From the NCBI GenBank assembly GCA_039588295.1, contig JBDHAB010000005.1:32001-96000 (forward strand): a stretch of 64,000 nt of DNA, given 5' to 3'. Shown in pieces: positions 45,364 to 54,718 of this stretch (position 1 is its first letter; the number at the start of each line of letters is the position of its first letter). Source of the DNA: Gemmatimonadota bacterium (GTDB lineage Bacteria > Gemmatimonadota > Gemmatimonadetes > Gemmatimonadales > GWC2-71-9). Made by a program: the position numbers and the translations under genes. The notes beneath the pieces were generated by a model, which ran no database searches, was not told where the DNA came from, and saw only the letters and a program-made list of their open reading frames with translations.

Positions 45364-45807
45364 TCACGGTTGCAGCGCCCCCAGCGTTTGGTCGGGACCG
45401 GGCGCGCCCCGGCCGGCAAACGCGACCGTTCCGTCACGGTCGACCAGCACGACCGTGCGTTGGATCTTCTTGCCGTCGCGCGTGAGGGCACCGAACGCGC
45501 GGGCCGCGCGTCGGTCGGCGTCGCTGAGGAGCGGGAACGGCAGCTTGAGCTTTGCGGCGTATCGGCGGTGGCTCTCAGTTCCCGCCGGGTTCAGTCCAAA
45601 GGGCTGCACGTCACGGGTGCGGTACCTCTCGATCTCATCGCGCACGGCGGAGAGTTGTCGGTTTCACCCAGGGGTGTCGTTGCCGGGATAGAAGATCAGC
45701 AGCGCCCGCGATTGTTTGAGCACGGCACTCAGTTGATACTGCTTGCCGTCCGATGCCTGGAGCGCGAAATCCGGCGCCGTGCTGCCGACGGCCACGAGAT
45801 CGGTCAT
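45364..45807 (-). CDS. Peroxiredoxin (BCP/AhpC-TSA family), predicted selenoprotein (Sec48)
   Basis: ORFs 45664-45807 and 45364-45645 are in frame; APDFAL...FYPGNDTPG-[TGA 45664-66]-NRQLSAVRD...FPLLSD...RTVVLVD. Confidence 0.88.
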
Positions 45808-46652
45808 TGCGAAACCTCCGATTGGACCCTCCGCTGTCGTTGGAGCAGCTCGAGGCGCCGCAGCCACTCGGGTGGGACCGTGATGCTGCCGAGCGGGGCG
45901 CGAGCGACGGTACCCGCGGCCTCACCGTGCCAATCCGACCCACCGCTGCACAGGAGCCCAAGCCCGTGTGCTATCTGCTCGATCCGCTGCCCGAGCGCCG
46001 CGTCGTGCCCGGGGTGTCGGACCTCTACTGCATCCACTCCCTGCTGCTGAAGCTCGCGCAACGCTGTTGGGGTCGCACGCTGGCGCAGGTGCGCAGCCGA
46101 TGACACCGCCCCCGCTTCGCGGATCAGCGTTGTGACGTCCGCGACTTCCGGGAGCTGTTTGGGCACAAAGGCCGGCTTCCCCCACCCAAGGTATCGTACG
46201 AATGCTTCGTCCACGCTGGCAACGTGACCCGCAGCCACGAGTGCGCGCGCAACGTGAGGGCGCCCGACGGCACCGCCGCCCGCCGTAGCAAGGACCTCGT
46301 CTGCGGTGATGCCGACACCGAGCCGGCTCAACCGCGTCACAATGTGTTCGGCGCGCCCACGCCGGTTGGCGCGTTGCTCAGCAAGGAACGTGTTCAGCGC
46401 CGGATGCTGCGCCGGCAGGAAATACCCGAGCAGATGAAGCTCGCCCCAGCGCGCCGCCACACTGAACTCGCAGCCAGGGATCACACGTGTCTCGACCTCG
46501 GCGGCCGCTCGGAGCGCTTCGGGAATGCCGTCGAGGGTGTCATGATCGGTGAGGGCGATCACCGTCAGCCCGGCGGCGCTAGCCAGCCGAACGACGTCGG
46601 CCGGAGCGTGTTGCCCGTCCGATGCCGCCGAATGGACGTGGAGATCGATCAC
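45804..46652 (-). CDS. PHP domain metal-dependent phosphoesterase
   Basis: IDLHVHS.ASDG, ALTDHDT, GRPHVA, GGSDWHG. Confidence 0.92.
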   Translation of the reverse strand: MIDLHVHSAASDGQHAPADVVRLASAAGLTVIALTDHDTLDGIPEALRAAAEVETRVIPGCEFSVAARWGELHLLGYFLPAQHPALNTFLAEQRANRRGRAEHIVTRLSRLGVGITADEVLATAGGGAVGRPHVARALVAAGHVASVDEAFVRYLGWGKPAFVPKQLPEVADVTTLIREAGAVSSAAHLRQRATPTALRELQQQGVDAVEVRHPGHDAALGQRIEQIAHGLGLLCSGGSDWHGEAAGTVARAPLGSITVPPEWLRRLELLQRQRRVQSEVSQ

Positions 46653-46939
46653 CTACGTGGAGGCGCGGGACCGTCCGCCCCGTAGCTGATCTCCGGGCTC
46701 GTCGACGCTGGTTGCGACTCGGAGAAGTACTGCTGCAGGCGGGCGTCGGACAATTCCGTCAGGGCGACATCCCACCGGCGGGCACCGGTGGGGGAAAATC
46801 GCGTCACGCGCCGGATCCGATCCGCCCCCGTCCCCTTCTCGAATACGAGCCCAAACTCATCACGCTCATACGCGGTCACCCTACCCGACGGGTAGACATA
46901 CCACGCTTCCCCGTCGATCACGATCGTCCGCCTGGCCAT
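46649..46939 (-). CDS. Hypothetical protein
   Basis: MARRTIVIDGEAWYVYPSGRVTAYERDEFGLVF...; ATG 2 nt after the E2 stop, GTGA overlap with PHP. Confidence 0.75.
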   Translation of the reverse strand: MARRTIVIDGEAWYVYPSGRVTAYERDEFGLVFEKGTGADRIRRVTRFSPTGARRWDVALTELSDARLQQYFSESQPASTSPEISYGADGPAPPRR

Positions 46940-46941
46940 CC

Positions 46942-48285
46942 TCAGACCGCTCCTTCCGGGAACGTTTCCAAATCCTGTTTGACATCGGCCATGAAACGAT
47001 CCGCGTCGGCACCGTCCACCACCCGATGGTCGTACGACAGGGTCAACATACCCATGGTGCGGATCGCAATACCGTCCTGCCCGTCCTCCAGGGTGATGAC
47101 CTTCGGGCGCTTCTCGATGGATCCGACGCCGAGGATCGCGACCTGCGGCTGGTTGATGATGGGTGCCCCGGCAAACGAGCCGAACACGCCGGGGTTGGTA
47201 ATCGTGAACGTCCCCTGTTGCACCTCGTCGGGATTCAGGCGCTTGGTGCGCGCGCGCTCTGCGAGATCTGCGATCTTGCGGGCGATCCCCACCAGGGAGA
47301 GTTCGTCGGCGTTCTTCAGCACGGGGACGATCAGCCCCCACTCGAGCGCCACCGCGATCCCCACGTTGATCGGCTTGCGATGAATGATGCTGCCGCCGCT
47401 CACCGAGGAATTGACGACGCGGTGCTTCCGCAGGTTGTCGGCGATCACCTTCACAATGAAACTGAGGTAGGTGGGGTTCGCGCCTCGCGCCTGATAATCG
47501 CGCTTGATCTGGGCCCGCAGTTCCGCGATGCGCGTGTAGTCCACCTCGTAGAAGCTCGTGACGTGCGCGGAGATCCGGCGAGACATGACCATGTGGTCCG
47601 CCGTGAGCTTGCGAATGCGACTCATCGGCACGACCTCATCACCGGGCCACGCCTCGACCACCGGATGCATCACTTCTCCCGTCGGGACACTCGCCGGTCG
47701 TGGCGGCGGGGCCGGAGCAATCTCGGGTTCCGGAGCGCCCCGCTCGATGTAGGCCACGAGGTCTTTCTTGGTCACGCGTCCGGCGAAACCGCTGCCTGGG
47801 ATCTGCGCGAGATCGATACCGTGCTCGGCGGCCATGCGACGTACCAAGGGCGTCGACCGCCGTCGTACGCGCTCGTCTGAGGTCTCGTCGGCCACCGCCG
47901 CGACGGGAGCCTCGCCGACGGTGGGCGGTGTTGGCGGCGCCGCTTCCGGAGTCGGAGCTGGAGCCGGTGCGGGCACCGGCGTTTCAACCTCGGGCGGCGT
48001 CTGCGGCGGCTGTGCCGCCGGTGCCGCAGCCGCGGCGGCTGCGGCGTCGGTCTCGATCACGGCAATCACCGTCTGCACCGCCACCGTCTGACCTTCCGCC
48101 ACCTTGATCTCGGTCACCACCCCCGCAGAGGGAGCCGGGATTTCCGCATCGACTTTGTCCGTCGAGATCTCGAGGATCGCCTCGTCACGCTTGACCTGAT
48201 CACCAACCTGCTTGAGCCACCGCGAGACGGTCCCCTCGGCAATCGACTCCCCCATCTGCGGCATGATCACATCGATACGGGCCAT
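46942..48285 (-). CDS. 2-oxoacid dehydrogenase E2, dihydrolipoamide acyltransferase (one lipoyl domain)
   Basis: MPQMGESIAEGT, EISTDKV (lipoyl Lys), GSGFAGRVTKKD, TFTITNPG, DHRVVDG. Confidence 0.93.
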   Translation of the reverse strand: MARIDVIMPQMGESIAEGTVSRWLKQVGDQVKRDEAILEISTDKVDAEIPAPSAGVVTEIKVAEGQTVAVQTVIAVIETDAAAAAAAAPAAQPPQTPPEVETPVPAPAPAPTPEAAPPTPPTVGEAPVAAVADETSDERVRRRSTPLVRRMAAEHGIDLAQIPGSGFAGRVTKKDLVAYIERGAPEPEIAPAPPPRPASVPTGEVMHPVVEAWPGDEVVPMSRIRKLTADHMVMSRRISAHVTSFYEVDYTRIAELRAQIKRDYQARGANPTYLSFIVKVIADNLRKHRVVNSSVSGGSIIHRKPINVGIAVALEWGLIVPVLKNADELSLVGIARKIADLAERARTKRLNPDEVQQGTFTITNPGVFGSFAGAPIINQPQVAILGVGSIEKRPKVITLEDGQDGIAIRTMGMLTLSYDHRVVDGADADRFMADVKQDLETFPEGAV

Positions 48286-48304
48286 CCACTGTCTCCTGCA
48301 CGAG

Positions 48305-48322
48305 CCCCCGCGCGCGCGGGGG
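48305..48322. repeat. Perfect 18-bp palindrome
   Basis: CCCCCGCGCGCGCGGGGG between the E2 start and the tnpA-like ORF. Confidence 0.8.
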
Positions 48323-48386
48323 TTTTGAGTGTTGACTGCATCGTTTCGGGTACGGTGTGCGAGTCAGCGAGCCGCATCATCGCGGC

Positions 48387-48845
48387 ATGGGACCGTACGT
48401 CGTCGCTCGGGCGCAGGCAAAGTGGTACCACGTATTGTGGGCAACTCGCCGGCACCGCCGAATCTTTAAAATACCCGCGCTCCGCCGATTCTGCGAGCGT
48501 GAAGTGTTGCGTTCGTGCGCCGCGCGACATTGGCGCGTGAATCGAGCCTCGATCGCTCCGGACCACGTGCGGCTCTTGGTGCGTGCGTCGGGCCAACTCT
48601 CGCGGTCCGACCTGGTGCGCGAGCTCAAGGACGCGGTGGCGCGCGCGGTTCGACGGGCCGGCTTCGAAGGCTCCCCATCTCGGCTATGGGACGATCGTTG
48701 GTGGTGCGCCACCGTTGCCAGCGGGCGCGGTATCGAGGCGGTCCGTCGCCACATCGAGGGGCTGTCGGCCGCTTCGGCGGTTCAGGTGGCGGAGGCGGCC
48801 GTCGGCAAGGGGTGCCAGGCTCTCAAGGACGATCACCACGCGTGA
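48387..48845 (+). mobile_element. IS200-family (Y1/HUH) transposase-like protein with substituted catalytic residues
   Basis: YHVLWATRRHRRIF, PDHVRLL (canonical DHVH), ELK, LW...W.ATV, VRRHIE (canonical YI..Q); no tnpB. Confidence 0.7.
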
Positions 48846-48851
48846 AGATCG

Positions 48852-49832
48852 TCAATACGCCAGCAGCCGGCGCGCGACCTCGACGATTTCCGACGTTTGA
48901 GGCAGGACGAAATCCTCGAGGGTCGGGGCGTAGGGAATTGGAGCGTCCCGCGCTGTCACGCGCAGCACGGGAGCGTCCAGCCACTCGAACGCCTGCTCGT
49001 TCAGGCGCGCCGTGATCTCGCCTGCCACCCCCCCGGTGCGGGTGTCCTCATGGACGACCAAGACTCGGTTGGTCTTCTTAACGGATGCCACTACGGCCGC
49101 GTCATCCATCGGCAGCAGCGTCCGCAGATCCAGCACCTCGGCACCCACACCGTCCTCGGCCGCGAGCTGCTCCGCCGCTTCGAGCGCTTTCCACACGGCG
49201 GCAGACCAAGTCACAATTGTCACATCTGTTCCCTCACGCGCCACGCGAGCCTGGCCGATCGGAGTGAGCACCTCTTCGTCATCCGGCAATTCCTCCTTCA
49301 ACCGACGATAGAGGTACTTGTGCTCGAAGAAGATCACTGGGTTCTCGTCCCGCACCGCGGCCTTGATGAGCCCTTTGGCGTCACGCACCGTGGCGGGGCA
49401 CACGAGCTTCAAGCCGGGGGTGTGAAAGAACGCCGCCTCCGGCATCTGCGAGTGAAACGGGCCACCTCGTACATAGCCCCCACACGGCCCCCGAATCACC
49501 ATCGGTGTCGACAGCCCGGCCCGGTAGCGAGCCGTCGCAACGTAGTTGGTGACGATGTCGTACGCGCAGGCAATGAAGTCGATGAACTGCATCTCCGCGA
49601 CGGGACGCAGTCCCATATGCGCCGCCCCGGCTGCCGCGCCCACGATGGCCGCCTCGCTGATGGGCGTGTCGATCACTCGGTTGGCGCCGAACCGCTCCTG
49701 AAACCCGTCCGTGAGTTTGAAGGCGCCCCCGTATGCGCCAATGTCCTCGCCCAGCAGGAAGACTCGCTCATCACGCTCCATTTCCTCCCACAGCCCCTGA
49801 CGGAGCGCTTCGAGGTACGTAATCGGGGCCAC
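48852..49832 (-). CDS. 2-oxoacid dehydrogenase E1 beta subunit
   Basis: LGEDIG.YGGAF, DTPISE, EMQFIDF, GGPFHSQ, FFEHKYLY. Confidence 0.93.
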   Translation of the reverse strand: MAPITYLEALRQGLWEEMERDERVFLLGEDIGAYGGAFKLTDGFQERFGANRVIDTPISEAAIVGAAAGAAHMGLRPVAEMQFIDFIACAYDIVTNYVATARYRAGLSTPMVIRGPCGGYVRGGPFHSQMPEAAFFHTPGLKLVCPATVRDAKGLIKAAVRDENPVIFFEHKYLYRRLKEELPDDEEVLTPIGQARVAREGTDVTIVTWSAAVWKALEAAEQLAAEDGVGAEVLDLRTLLPMDDAAVVASVKKTNRVLVVHEDTRTGGVAGEITARLNEQAFEWLDAPVLRVTARDAPIPYAPTLEDFVLPQTSEIVEVARRLLAY

Positions 49833-49850
49833 GAGCGGGGTGGCTCGGAT

Positions 49851-50066
49851 TCAGCCAGCCACCGCGGCGCCGTAGCCGGCAGTCTCCACCGCGGCAACGA
49901 GCGTGTCGGCCAACGTGCGTCGGTCGTCACAATCGATCTCCGCGGTGCCACCCTCGAGGTCGACGTGGACACCCCACACGCCGTCCACGGCCTTCAGGGC
50001 GTTTTCGACCGTTGCCGTGCAGTGACCGCAGGTCATCCCGGAGATGGTCAGTTGAATGGAAGCCAT
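49851..50066 (-). CDS. copZ: Copper chaperone CopZ (HMA)
   Basis: ISGMTCGHC...AVETAGY. Confidence 0.88.
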   Translation of the reverse strand: MASIQLTISGMTCGHCTATVENALKAVDGVWGVHVDLEGGTAEIDCDDRRTLADTLVAAVETAGYGAAVAG

Positions 50067-50116
50067 GGATGCGTTCTCCGCCGTCCCTTCGTCGCTCGAG
50101 GAACCCCCGGTCACGC

Positions 50117-50407
50117 TCAATACGCGCCGCGGGCGATGTGTCCCGGTTCGACGTGCGTGTGCACGAGCGTGAGGAAGCGCTTGGCCAGCTTGTCCGCTTC
50201 ACTCTCGCCTACCTGGTCGGTACTCACGGTGATGAGGGTGTAGTGCCCCCCTTCCGCTTCGACCTTCAGGGTGATTCGCCCTATCGTGCCGTGGTAGGTT
50301 CTCGACCGATCGCCCGATTCGATCGGCTGGATCGCGTCACCGAAATGGCGGTCGGCCTCGACCAGAACCGCGTCGGGCGCGAGTGAGGTACGGTGAAAGT
50401 AGCGCAT
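50117..50407 (-). CDS. Hypothetical protein between copA and copZ
   Basis: 96-aa ORF starting 3 nt after the copA stop; His-containing C-terminus. Confidence 0.7.
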   Translation of the reverse strand: MRYFHRTSLAPDAVLVEADRHFGDAIQPIESGDRSRTYHGTIGRITLKVEAEGGHYTLITVSTDQVGESEADKLAKRFLTLVHTHVEPGHIARGAY

Positions 50408-50410
50408 GAT

Positions 50411-52963
50411 TCACACAGCCATTGAAGGTTTGAATCGCCGGAGACGCAGGCTGTTGCCGACGACGCTCAAGCTCGAAGCGGCCATCGCTGCACTCGCCAC
50501 GATCGGGCTCAGCAACAAGCCGGTAAACGGGTATAACACACCGGCCGCGAGCGGGATACCCAATACGTTGTAGACAAACGCAAAGAACAGGTTCGTCCGA
50601 ATCGTTCGGATGGTGCGTCGCGACAGCTCCAGCGCCGCGACGACCCCGCCCAGGTCCCCGCGAATCAAGGTGATGTCGGACGCCTCGACCGCCACATCGG
50701 TGCCGGTCCCGATCGCGAACCCGATATCGGCCTGTGCGAGAGCCGGGGCGTCGTTGATCCCGTCCCCCACCATCGCCACGACCCGCCCGTCCTCCTGAAG
50801 CCGGCGGATCTCATCGACCTTGTCCCGTGGATCCACCTCGGCGATGACACGGTCGATCCCCACTTCTTTCGCGATCAGCCGGGCAGATACCTTGCCGTCA
50901 CCGCTGAGTAGATACAGCTCTAACCCCATCTCATGGAGCCGCCCGATTGCGGCCTTTGCCCCCGGCTTGACCTGATCGGCAATCACGATCAGGCCCTGCA
51001 CCGTGTCGTTGATGACCACGACCACTGGAGAGCGGCCCGCGAGAATATGGCGCTCCGCATCGCGCTCGAGCGATCCGAGAGAAAGACTGCGCTCCTCGGC
51101 ATGGCGCACGCTGATGACTTCGACGAGAAAGCGGTCGACGATTCCGCGGGCCCCGCGCCCCTCCATCGCCACGAAGCGCTCCACGCCACCGATGTCGAGT
51201 TCCTTTTGGCGGGCCGCTTCCACAATGGCTCCAGCGAGCGGGTGCTCGGAGCGGGCCTCCACAGCGCCGGCGAGGCGCAGTACCTCGCTGGGATTGACGA
51301 CGGTGGTGTCGGAACGCTTCGCGCCGAGCACGTGGGTCACCGACGGTTGTCCCTCGGTGATCGTCCCAGTCTTGTCGAACACCACCGTCTTCACCCGCTG
51401 CACGCCTTCGAGCGCCTCTCCGCCCCGGATCAGGATCCCGAACTCGGCACCCTTCCCGGTCCCTACCATGATCGCGGTCGGCGTTGCAAGCCCCAGTGCG
51501 CAGGGGCAGGCAATGACCAACACGGTCACCAACGCCACGGTGCTGAACACGATCCGGGGATCGGGACCGAAGACCCACCAGAGCACGAACGAGGCGATGG
51601 CGATCGCGATGACGATCGGGACGAACACGCCGGCCACCTTGTCGGCCAGCCGCTGCGCAGGCGCCTTGGTTCCCTGGGCTTCCTCCACGAGCCGGACGAT
51701 TTGCGCCAAGGCGGTGTCCTTGCCAACCGCCGTCGCCTCGTAGGCGAAGGATCCCGTGGCGTTCACGGTCCCCCCGAACACCCGATCACCCGTGCTCTTG
51801 GCCACCGGCATCGGCTCGCCGGTCAGCATCGCTTCATTGACCGACGACTCGCCGGACACGACGACGCCATCCACTGCCAGCGTCTCACCCGGTCGAACGA
51901 TCAGGCAATCGCCAACCTCCACCTCTTCGATCGGCAGCTCGAGATCCTGCCCATCCCGCTGGACGGTTGCGGTCTTCGGCCGGAGGGCGAGCAGACGGCG
52001 GATCGCGGCCGACGTTTGGCCCTTCGCCCGGGCTTCGAGCAACCGCCCCAGCAGAATCAGCGCGATGATGGCCGTCACCGCCTCGAAGTAGACGTCGGCG
52101 GGAAGCCCCGCCCGCTGGAAGGCCCATGGCACCAGCGTCGCCACGACCGAGTACAGGAACGCCGCTCCCGTCCCCACGGCGATCAGGGTATTCATGTCGG
52201 CGCTCCGGTGCTTCATGCCGCTCCACGCGCCGCGATAGAACTGCAATCCGCTCCACAGCAGGACGGGGAGCGTGACCAGGAGCATGATGAACTTGAGGAG
52301 CGCGGGATCGCGCGCGGCGAAATCGTAGAGACCCGGGAGCAACCCCTGCAGGAGGCCGTCCAGGGGACGCAGCAGTCGCGCGACGAGATCGTGTTCTTTC
52401 GCTCCCATCGCGCCCATGAGCGGCATGGACGCAACCATCGTCACGGCGGCCGCAGCGGCCGCGACCACGAACTTCCAGGTGAGAATGCGAATCTCGGTCT
52501 GGCGCTTGAGACGCTCTCGTTCGACGGGATCCTCGGCCGGAACAGGCTCGGCAACCGCGAACCCCGCGCGCTGAACGGCCGTCTCCAAGTCACGGGCAGT
52601 CACCAGTCCCGGCACATACTCGACCCGCACCACCTCCAACGCCTGGTTTGCCGCAACACTCAGGACTCCGGGGAGCCCGCCCAGCTCGCCCTCGACCCGC
52701 GCCACCCCCGGAGCGTAGTGCAACCCCTCGACGCCGAAGCTGACCGTCGCCTTCGCACAGTCGTAGCCGGCATCGCGCACCGCGTGCACCAGATCGGCGA
52801 CCTTGACGCGGCCATCATCGATCGTGACGGTCGCCTTCCCGGTCGCATAGTTGACCGCGGCCTCCTGCACTCCAGAGGCCTGTTCGAGCCGCTTCTGGAC
52901 GGTGGTAGCACAGGCACCGCAGGTCATCCCTTCGACCGGCAGCGTGATGCGTGCGCTAGCCAT
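50411..52963 (-). CDS. copA: Cu(I)-translocating P1B-type ATPase
   Basis: GMTCGAC, TGE, CPCALG, DKTGT, SEHP, GDGIND, YN and MAASS transmembrane motifs. Confidence 0.95.
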   Translation of the reverse strand: MASARITLPVEGMTCGACATTVQKRLEQASGVQEAAVNYATGKATVTIDDGRVKVADLVHAVRDAGYDCAKATVSFGVEGLHYAPGVARVEGELGGLPGVLSVAANQALEVVRVEYVPGLVTARDLETAVQRAGFAVAEPVPAEDPVERERLKRQTEIRILTWKFVVAAAAAAVTMVASMPLMGAMGAKEHDLVARLLRPLDGLLQGLLPGLYDFAARDPALLKFIMLLVTLPVLLWSGLQFYRGAWSGMKHRSADMNTLIAVGTGAAFLYSVVATLVPWAFQRAGLPADVYFEAVTAIIALILLGRLLEARAKGQTSAAIRRLLALRPKTATVQRDGQDLELPIEEVEVGDCLIVRPGETLAVDGVVVSGESSVNEAMLTGEPMPVAKSTGDRVFGGTVNATGSFAYEATAVGKDTALAQIVRLVEEAQGTKAPAQRLADKVAGVFVPIVIAIAIASFVLWWVFGPDPRIVFSTVALVTVLVIACPCALGLATPTAIMVGTGKGAEFGILIRGGEALEGVQRVKTVVFDKTGTITEGQPSVTHVLGAKRSDTTVVNPSEVLRLAGAVEARSEHPLAGAIVEAARQKELDIGGVERFVAMEGRGARGIVDRFLVEVISVRHAEERSLSLGSLERDAERHILAGRSPVVVVINDTVQGLIVIADQVKPGAKAAIGRLHEMGLELYLLSGDGKVSARLIAKEVGIDRVIAEVDPRDKVDEIRRLQEDGRVVAMVGDGINDAPALAQADIGFAIGTGTDVAVEASDITLIRGDLGGVVAALELSRRTIRTIRTNLFFAFVYNVLGIPLAAGVLYPFTGLLLSPIVASAAMAASSLSVVGNSLRLRRFKPSMAV

Positions 52964-53387
52964 GCTTGGCGTGTCCTTTTCCGAGGTTCGCTCTGGCACC
53001 CTCACGGCCCACTTGCGCGACTACCCGTCCGCGGAGCACGGCCTTCCCGCAGCGGAACGGGTAGTCACCCGGGGCGGCCGGCGTGAATTCCACGGACGTG
53101 GTCTCGAACGGGGGCAGCTGCTGGTCGATGGCGAAGCTCTCGAACACCACGCGCTCGGAGCATTCCGCCGTCTCATCTCGATAGAACAACAACCGCACCG
53201 GGCGGCCTACCTCGACGAAAATGGTGTCGGGATCGTAGCCCCCGCGCACCACAACCCAGATCTCCTGAATCCCGGCACGGTCTCGCTGCACGCGGGATGT
53301 AGTTGGCCTCGGCCCAAGGAAGAACCACAACTCGCCGACGATCAAGGCGAGGCCGAGAACGACAACGAGCAGGTCGAAGAAGTTCAC
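52956..53387 (-). CDS. Membrane-anchored cupredoxin-domain protein (CupA-like)
   Basis: N-terminal [36 protein letters not shown]. Confidence 0.8.
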   Translation of the reverse strand: MNFFDLLVVVLGLALIVGELWFFLGPRPTTSRVQRDRAGIQEIWVVVRGGYDPDTIFVEVGRPVRLLFYRDETAECSERVVFESFAIDQQLPPFETTSVEFTPAAPGDYPFRCGKAVLRGRVVAQVGREGARANLGKGHAKHG

Positions 53388-54718
53388 ACCTTCTCGTACT
53401 CGTAGTATTCGACTCCCAGATGGGTGATCTGCTCCTCGCCCATGAGCCAGCGAAGCGTGTTCTTGAGCTTGGTGTGCTGGATGAACAGATCGTGCTCAGG
53501 TGTGAGCTCGGGAGCCGCCATGGGGCTCTTGAAATAGAACGACAACCATTCCTGAATGCCTGACATCCCCACCCGCTGCGCCAAATCGAGGAGCAGTGCC
53601 AAGTCCAGTACGATGGGCGCCGCGAGAATCGAGTCGCGGCACAGGAAGTCGATCTTGATCTGCATCGGGTACTCGAGCCACCCGAAGATGTCGATGTTGT
53701 CCCACCCTTCTTTGTTATCACCGCGGGGTGGGTAGTAGTTGATACGCACCTTGTGGTAGATCTTGCCGTACAGATCCGGATACATCGTGGGCTGGAGAAT
53801 GTGCTCCAGCACGCCGAGCTTCGACTCTTCCTTTGTCTTGAACGACTCGGGGTCATCCAGGACTTCGCCATCGCGGTTCCCCAGAATGTTCGTGGAGTAC
53901 CAGCCGGCGAGTCCAATCATACGCGCCTTCAACATGGGAGAGATGACGGTCTTGACCATCGTCTGTCCCGTCTTGAAATCCTTGCCCGCGATGGGCACAC
54001 CTTGCCGTTCGGCGAGTTCCTGCATTGCCGGGATATCGACCGTCAAGTTCGGTGCGCCGTTCGCAAACGGCACGCCTTCCATCAGGCTCGCCCACGCGTA
54101 CAGCATGGACGGGGCAATGGATTGGTCGTCCTCGTCCATCGCCTTCTCGAACGCCGCTAGCGACTGGTGCGCCGGCCCGGGTCGAATGAACACTTCGGTC
54201 GAGGCGCACCACACGAGAACGACCCGATCGCACCGATGCTGCGTCTTGAAGGCGCGGATGTCGGCACGGAGCTGTTCGGCCAGATCCCGCTTGGACTTTC
54301 CACTCTTGACGTTGGAGCCAGTGAGCCGTTTGACGTATTGCTGGTCGAACACGGCCGGCATCGGTTTCACCGTCTTTAGAAAGTCGGCGATGGGTTCGAT
54401 ATGCCGGCTGTCCAACACCCCGGCAACGTTGCACGAGTCGTAGGCATCATCGGGGATGGGATCCCATGCGCCGAACACCAGAGCGTCCAGCGACGCCAGT
54501 GGCGCAAATTCCCGAATCAGGGGAGCACGATGCTCGGTCCTCCGCCCGAGACGGATGGTGGCCATCTGGGTCAGCGAGCCGATCGGCTTCGCGCGTCCAC
54601 GACGAATATTCTCCACCCCGGCCACGAATGTGGTTGCCACTGCCCCCAACCCAACGCAAAGCACGCCGAGCGTGCCATCGGCCGGGGCAACAGGTTTCCG
54701 AGTACCGTCAGTCACCAC
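53384..54718 (-). CDS. ino1: myo-Inositol-1(3)-phosphate synthase
   Basis: GLGAVATT, WCASTE, GKDFKTGQT, STNILGNRDG, RGDNKEGWD, CRDSILAAP. Confidence 0.93.
   Translation of the reverse strand: MVTDGTRKPVAPADGTLGVLCVGLGAVATTFVAGVENIRRGRAKPIGSLTQMATIRLGRRTEHRAPLIREFAPLASLDALVFGAWDPIPDDAYDSCNVAGVLDSRHIEPIADFLKTVKPMPAVFDQQYVKRLTGSNVKSGKSKRDLAEQLRADIRAFKTQHRCDRVVLVWCASTEVFIRPGPAHQSLAAFEKAMDEDDQSIAPSMLYAWASLMEGVPFANGAPNLTVDIPAMQELAERQGVPIAGKDFKTGQTMVKTVISPMLKARMIGLAGWYSTNILGNRDGEVLDDPESFKTKEESKLGVLEHILQPTMYPDLYGKIYHKVRINYYPPRGDNKEGWDNIDIFGWLEYPMQIKIDFLCRDSILAAPIVLDLALLLDLAQRVGMSGIQEWLSFYFKSPMAAPELTPEHDLFIQHTKLKNTLRWLMGEEQITHLGVEYYEYEKV

Noticed and set aside
42895..45666. Genome-wide UGA reassignment (genetic code 4 or 25) as the explanation for the in-frame TGAs
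   Set aside because: TGA terminates many conserved genes here at their expected ends (uvrB, rpsK, rplQ, carB, murB); read-through is needed only at Cys columns
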